Part shown: one piece after another, positions 56,301 to 64,000 of the stretch
Layout: each line of letters begins with the position of its first letter
Numbering within the stretch: the first letter of the stretch is position 1
From: Eledone cirrhosa
Lineage: Eukaryota
Length of the DNA stretch: 64,000 nucleotides
Direction of reading: 5' to 3'
NCBI GenBank assembly: GCA_964016885.1
Contig: OZ024740.1
Coordinates: 422,716,001 to 422,780,000 of the forward strand
Translations under genes and position numbers: made by a program
The notes under the pieces: model-generated
Seen by the model: the letters and a program-made list of their open reading frames with translations, nothing else
The model's database searches: none
Told to the model about the DNA's origin: nothing

Positions 56301-59300
56301 TGTATCACTAGAGCTGATTCCAATTTTCCCAGCCATCCATCTAATCTACGAAGGTATTTTAGCCTACATATTGTCGTTAATATTATGATGTTCCCTGCTG
56401 TATTAGCGTTAAATTTTCCCTGCTGTATTAGCGATAAATTTTCGAGGGTTTCTCTTAGTAGTTTTTTCATGACGTTATTATTGTTAATTTTACTGATGTA
56501 GTATTAACTTATTAACTTGGATATTTACCATGCGGTATTCTAATCCTATTGTATCTCTCTCAGTTATTTACCATGCGACCCTCAGTTCCTACCCTACCCC
56601 CTCTCTATGCACTTCTTTAAGGCTTACTACCCTGTCTTTAACCTAATTCATTCAATCTGAAAATATTGAAGAGATAAGACACTTTCCCATTCTTCTCTGC
56701 TAAAATGTATCACTAGAGCTGATTCCAATTTTCCCAGCCATCCATCTAATCTACGAAGGTATTTTAGCCTACATATTGTCGTTAATATTATGATGTTCCC
56801 TGCTGTATTAGCGTTAAATTTTCCCTGCTGTATTAGCGATAAATTTTCGAGGGTTTCTCTTAGTAGTTTTTTCATGGCGTTATTATTGTTAATTTTACTG
56901 ATGTAGTATTAACTTGGATATTTACCATGCGACCCTCAGTTCCTACTCCCCCCTCTCTATGCACTTCTTTAAGGCTTACTACCCTGTCTTTAACCTAATT
57001 CATTCAATCTGAAAATATTGAAGAGATAAGACACTTTCCCATTCTTCTCTGCTAAAATGTATCACTAGAGCTGATTCCAATTTTCCCAGCCATCCATCTA
57101 ATCTACGAAGGTATTTTAGCCTACATATTGTCGTTAATATTATGATGTTCCCTGCTGTATTAGCGTTAAATTTTCCCTGCTGTATTAGCGATAAATTTTC
57201 GAGGGTTTCTCTTAGTAGTTTTTTCATGACGTTATTATTGTTAATTTTACTGATGTAGTATTAACTTATTAACTTGGATATTTACCATGCGACCCTCAGT
57301 TCCTACCCCCTCTCTATGCACTTCTTTAAGGCTTACTACCCTGTCTTTAACCTAATTCATTCAATCTGAAAATATTGAAGAGATAAGACACTTTCCTATT
57401 CTTCTCTGCTAAAATGTATCACTAGAGCTGATTCCAATTTTCCCAGCCATCCATCTAATCTACGAAGGTATTTTAGCCTACATATTGTCGTTAATATTAT
57501 GATGTTCCCTGCTGTATTAGCGTTAAATTTTCCCTGCTGTATTAGCGATAAATTTTCGAGGGTTTCTCTTAGTAGTTTTTTCATGACGTTATTATTGTTA
57601 ATTTTACTGATGTAGTATTAACTTATTAACTTGGATATTTACCATGCGGTATTCTAATCCTATTGTATCTCTCTCAGTTATTTACCATGCGACCCTCAGT
57701 TCCTACCCTACCCCCTCTCTATGCACTTCTTTAAGGCTTACTACCCTGTCTTTAACCTAATTCATTCAATCTGAAAATATTGAAGAGATAAGACACTTTC
57801 CCATTCTTCTCTGCTAAAATGTATCACTAGAGCTGATTCCAATTTTCCCAGCCATCCATCTAATCTACGAAGGTATTTTAGCCTACATATTGTCGTTAAT
57901 ATTATGATGTTCCCTGCTGTATTAGCGTTAAATTTTCCCTGCTGTATTAGCGATAAATTTTCGAAGGTTTCTCTTAGTAGTTTTTTCATGACGTTATTAT
58001 TGTTAATTTTACTGATGTAGTATTAACTTGGATATTTACCATGCGACTCTCAGTTCCTAACCCCCCCCCCCTCTCTATGCACTTCTTTAAGGCTTACTAC
58101 CCTGTCTTTAACCTAATTCATTCAATCTGAAAATATTGAAGAGATAAGACACTTTCCCATTCTTCTCTGCTAAAATGTATCACTAGAGCTGATTCCAATT
58201 TTCCCAGCCATCCATCTAATCTACGAAGGTATTTTAGCCTACATATTGTCGTTAATATTATGATGTTCCCTGCTGTATTAGCGTTAAATTTTCCCTGCTG
58301 TATTAGCGATAAATTTTCGAGGGTTTCTCTTAGTAGTTTTTTCATGACGTTATTATTGTTAATTTTACTGATGTAGTATTAACTTATTAACTTGGATATT
58401 TACCATGCGGTATTCTAATCCTATTGTATCTCTCTCAGTTATTTACCATGCGACCCTCAGTTCCTACCCTACCCCCTCTCTATGCACTTCTTTAAGGCTT
58501 ACTACCCTGTCTTTAACCTAATTCATTCAATCTGAAAATATTGAAGAGATAAGACACTTTCCCATTCTTCTCTGCTAAAATGTATCACTAGAGCTGATTC
58601 CAATTTTCCCAGCCATCCATCTAATCTACGAAGGTATTTTAGCCTACATATTGTCGTTAATATTATGATGTTCCCTGCTGTATTAGCGTTAAATTTTCCC
58701 TGCTGTATTAGCGATAAATTTTCGAGGGTTTCTCTTAGTAGTTTTTTCATGACGTTATTATTGTTAATTTTACTGATGTAGTATTAACTTGGATATTTAC
58801 CATGCGACTCTCAGTTCCTACCCCCCCCCCTCTCTATGCACTTCTTTAAGGCTTACTACCCTGTCTTTAACCTAATTCATTCAATCTGAAAATATTGAAG
58901 AGATAAGACACTTTCCCATTCTTCTCTGCTAAAATGTATCACTAGAGCTGATTCCAATTTTCCCAGCCATCCATCTAATCTACGAAGGTATTTTAGCCTA
59001 CATATTGTCGTTAATATTATGATGTTCCCTGCTGTATTAGCGTTAAATTTTCCCTGCTGTATTAGCGATAAATTTTCGAGGGTTTCTCTTAGTAGTTTTT
59101 TCATGACGTTATTATTGTTAATTTTACTGATGTAGTATTAACTTATTAACTTGGATATTTACCATGCGGTATTCTAATCCTATTGTATCTCTCTCAGTTA
59201 TTTACCATGCGACCCTCAGTTCCTACCCCCCCCCCTCTCTATGCACTTCTTTAAGGCTTACTACCGTGTCTTTAACCTAATTCATTCAATCTGAAAATAT

Positions 59301-62300
59301 TGAAGAGATAAGACACTTTCCCATTCTTCTCTGCTAAAATGTATCACTAGAGCTGATTCCAATTTTCCCAGCCATCCATCTAATCTACGAAGGTATTTTA
59401 GCCTACATATTGTCGTTAATATTATGATGTTCCCTGCTGTATTAGCGTTAAATTTTCCCTGCTGTATTAGCGATAAATTTTCGAGGGTTTCTCTTAGTAG
59501 TTTTTTCATGACGTTATTATTGTTAATTTTACTGATGTAGTATTAACTTGGATATTTACCATGCGACTCTCAGTTCCTACCCCCCCCCCCCCCTCTCTAT
59601 ACACTTCTTTAAGGCTTACTACCCTGTCTTTAACCTAATTCATTCAATCTGAAAATATTGAAGAGATAAGACACTTTCCCATTCTTCTCTGCTAAATTGT
59701 ATCACTAGAGCTGATTCCAATTTTCCCAGCCATCCATCTAATCTACGAAGGTATTTTAGCCTACATATTGTCGTTAATATTATGATGTTCCCTGCTGTAT
59801 TAGCGTTAAATTTTCCCTGCTGTATTAGCGATAAATTTTCGAGGGTTTCTCTTAGTAGTTTTTTCATGACGTTATTATTGTTAATTTTACTGATGTAGTA
59901 TTAACTTATTAACTTGGATATTTACCATGCGGTATTCTAATCCTATTGTATCTCTCTCAGTTATTTACCATGCGACCCTCAGTTCCTACCCTACCCCCTC
60001 TCTATGCACTTCTTTAAGGCTTACTACCCTGTCTTTAACCTAATTCATTCAATCTGAAAATATTGAAGAGATAAGACACTTTCCCATTCTTCTCTGCTAA
60101 AATGTATCACTAGAGCTGATTCCAATTTTCCCAGCCATCCATCTAATCTACGAAGGTATTTTAGCCTACATATTGTCGTTAATATTATGATGTTCCCTGC
60201 TGTATTAGCGTTAAATTTTCCCTGCTGTATTAGCGATAAATTTTCGAGGGTTTCTCTTAGTAGTTTTTTCATGGCGTTATTATTGTTAATTTTACTGATG
60301 TAGTATTAACTTGGATATTTACCATGCGACCCTCAGTTCCTACCCCCCCCCCCCCCCTCTCTATGCACTTCTTTAAGGCTTACTACCCTGTCTTTAACCT
60401 AATTCATTCAATCTGAAAATATTGAAGAGATAAGACACTTTCCCATTCTTCTCTGCTAAAATGTATCACTAGAGCTGATTCCAATTTTCCCAGCCATCCA
60501 TCTAATCTACGAAGGTATTTTAGCCTACATATTGTCGTTAATATTATGATGTTCCCTGCTGTATTAGCGTTAAATTTTCCCTGCTGTATTAGCGATAAAT
60601 TTTCGAGGGTTTCTCTTAGTAGTTTTTTCATGACGTTATTATTGTTAATTTTACTGATGTAGTATTAACTTATTAACTTGGATATTTACCATGCGACCCT
60701 CAGTTCCTACCCCCTCTCTATGCACTTCTTTAAGGCTTACTACCCTGTCTTTAACCTAATTCATTCAATCTGAAAATATTGAAGAGATAAGACACTTTCC
60801 CATTCTTCTCTGCTAAAATGTATCACTAGAGCTGATTCCAATTTTCCCAGCCATCCATCTAATCTACGAAGGTATTTTAGCCTACATATTGTCGTTAATA
60901 TTATGATGTTCCCTGCTGTATTAGCGTTAAATTTTCCCTGCTGTATTAGCGATAAATTTTCGAGGGTTTCTCTTAGTAGTTTTTTCATGACGTTATTATT
61001 GTTAATTTTACTGATGTAGTATTAACTTATTAACTTGGATATTTACCATGCGGTATTCTAATCCTATTGTATCTCTCTCAGTTATTTACCATGCGACCCT
61101 CAGTTCCTACCCTACCCCCTCTCTATGCACTTCTTTAAGGCTTACTACCCTGTCTTTAACCTAATTCATTCAATCTGAAAATATTGAAGAGATAAGACAC
61201 TTTCCCATTCTTCTCTGCTAAAATGTATCACTAGAGCTGATTCCAATTTTCCCAGCCATCCATCTAATCTACGAAGGTATTTTAGCCTACATATTGTCGT
61301 TAATATTATGATGTTCCCTGCTGTATTAGCGTTAAATTTTCCCTGCTGTATTAGCGATAAATTTTCGAGGGTTTCTCTTAGTAGTTTTTTCATGGCGTTA
61401 TTATTGTTAATTTTACTGATGTAGTATTAACTTGGATATTTACCATGCGACCCTCAGTTCCTACTCCCCCCCTCTCTATGCACTTCTTTAAGGCTTACTA
61501 CCCTGTCTTTAACCTAATTCATTCAATCTGAAAATATTGAAGAGATAAGACACTTTCCCATTCTTCTCTGCTAAAATGTATCACTAGAGCTGATTCCAAT
61601 TTTCCCAGCCATCCATCTAATCTACGAAGGTATTTTAGCCTACATATTGTCGTTAATATTATGATGTTCCCTGCTGTATTAGCGTTAAATTTTCCCTGCT
61701 GTATTAGCGATAAATTTTCGAGGGTTTCTCTTAGTAGTTTTTTCATGACGTTATTATTGTTAATTTTACTGATGTAGTATTAACTTATTAACTTGGATAT
61801 TTACCATGCGACCCTCAGTTCCTACCCCCTCTCTATGCACTTCTTTAAGGCTTACTACCCTGTCTTTAACCTAATTCATTCAATCTGAAAATATTGAAGA
61901 GATAAGACACTTTCCTATTCTTCTCTGCTAAAATGTATCACTAGAGCTGATTCCAATTTTCCCAGCCATCCATCTAATCTACGAAGGTATTTTAGCCTAC
62001 ATATTGTCGTTAATATTATGATGTTCCCTGCTGTATTAGCGTTAAATTTTCCCTGCTGTATTAGCGATAAATTTTCGAGGGTTTCTCTTAGTAGTTTTTT
62101 CATGACGTTATTATTGTTAATTTTACTGATGTAGTATTAACTTATTAACTTGGATATTTACCATGCGGTATTCTAATCCTATTGTATCTCTCTCAGTTAT
62201 TTACCATGCGACCCTCAGTTCCTACCCTACCCCCTCTCTATGCACTTCTTTAAGGCTTACTACCCTGTCTTTAACCTAATTCATTCAATCTGAAAATATT

Positions 62301-64000
62301 GAAGAGATAAGACACTTTCCCATTCTTCTCTGCTAAAATGTATCACTAGAGCTGATTCCAATTTTCCCAGCCATCCATCTAATCTACGAAGGTATTTTAG
62401 CCTACATATTGTCGTTAATATTATGATGTTCCCTGCTGTATTAGCGTTAAATTTTCCCTGCTGTATTAGCGATAAATTTTCGAAGGTTTCTCTTAGTAGT
62501 TTTTTCATGACGTTATTATTGTTAATTTTACTGATGTAGTATTAACTTGGATATTTACCATGCGACTCTCAGTTCCTAACCCCCCCCCCCCTCTCTATGC
62601 ACTTCTTTAAGGCTTACTACCCTGTCTTTAACCTAATTCATTCAATCTGAAAATATTGAAGAGATAAGACACTTTCCCATTCTTCTCTGCTAAAATGTAT
62701 CACTAGAGCTGATTCCAATTTTCCCAGCCATCCATCTAATCTACGAAGGTATTTTAGCCTACATATTGTCGTTAATATTATGATGTTCCCTGCTGTATTA
62801 GCGTTAAATTTTCCCTGCTGTATTAGCGATAAATTTTCGAGGGTTTCTCTTAGTAGTTTTTTCATGACGTTATTATTGTTAATTTTACTGATGTAGTATT
62901 AACTTATTAACTTGGATATTTACCATGCGGTATTCTAATCCTATTGTATCTCTCTCAGTTATTTACCATGCGACCCTCAGTTCCTACCCTACCCCCTCTC
63001 TATGCACTTCTTTAAGGCTTACTACCCTGTTTTTAACCTAATTCATTCAATCTGAAAATATTGAAGAGATAAGACACTTTCCCATTCTTCTCTGCTAAAA
63101 TGTATCACTAGAGCTGATTCCAATTTTCCCAGCCATCCATCTAATCTACGAAGGTATTTTAGCCTACATATTGTCGTTAATATTATGATGTTCCCTGCTG
63201 TATTAGCGTTAAATTTTCCCTGCTGTATTAGCGATAAATTTTCGAGGGTTTCTCTTAGTAGTTTTTTCATGACGTTATTATTGTTAATTTTACTGATGTA
63301 GTATTAACTTGGATATTTACCATGCGACTCTCAGTTCCTACCCCCCCCCCCCCTCTCTCTCTCTCTATGCACTTCTTTAAGGCTTACTACCCTGTCTTTA
63401 ACCTAATTCATTCAATCTGAAAATATTGAAGAGATAAGACACTTTCCCATTCTTCTCTGCTAAAATGTATCACTAGAGCTGATTCCAATTTTCCCAGCCA
63501 TCCATCTAATCTACGAAGGTATTTTAGCCTACATATTGTCGTTAATATTATGATGTTCCCTGCTGTATTAGCGTTAAATTTTCCCTGCTGTATTAGCGAT
63601 AAATTTTCGAGGGTTTCTCTTAGTAGTTTTTTCATGACGTTATTATTGTTAATTTTACTGATGTAGTATTAACTTGGATATTTACCATGCGACTCTCAGT
63701 TCCTACCCCCCCCCTCTCTATGCACTTCTTTAAGGCTTACTACCCTGTCTTTAACCTAATTCATTCAATCTGAAAATATTGAAGAGATAAGACACTTTCC
63801 CATTCTTCTCTGCTAAAATGTATCACTAGAGCTGATTCCAATTTTCCCAGCCATCCATCTAATCTACGAAGGTATTTTAGCCTACATATTGTCGTTAATA
63901 TTATGATGTTCCCTGCTGTATTAGCGTTAAATTTTCCCTGCTGTATTAGCGATAAATTTTCGAGGGTTTCTCTTAGTAGTTTTTTCATGACGTTATTATT
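11333..64000. repeat. Satellite DNA array, about 140 head-to-tail monomers of ~350-410 bp, continuing beyond the window
   Basis: 139 listed copies of the same ORF, plus one frameshifted copy near 55127-55355. Spacings cluster at ~405, 357, ~350-361 and ~363 bp. Monomer cores are nearly identical. Confidence 0.98.

Overview
AT-rich animal genomic DNA, dominated by repeats. The SINE, MITE and RTE-LINE fragments resemble those of octopus/cephalopod genomes; this is recalled similarity, not a database result. One convincing host exon is present: a 51-nt + strand exon (7930-7980) encoding RLQRELAEITVDPPPNCS, typical of UBE2E-family ubiquitin-conjugating enzymes. No neighbouring exon was found, so most of the window is probably intronic. 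Upstream of the exon are a decayed RTE-like LINE (interrupted by a mariner-like MITE and an internal minisatellite), tRNA-derived SINEs, Helitron-like termini, and a 3.3-kb tandem array of a 76/79-bp tRNA-like SINE head that ends about 90 bp before the exon. Downstream are short elements embedded in (TA)n, including an 89-bp-arm inverted repeat with a minimal hammerhead-like motif on each strand. These are followed by a 1.7-kb (TA)n tract and a satellite of more than 52 kb (about 140 monomers of ~350-410 bp) that runs off the window. The satellite shows ~4.5-4.9 kb and ~9 kb higher-order repeats. Its repeated 75-aa ORF is most likely a by-product of a 25-bp internal duplication.
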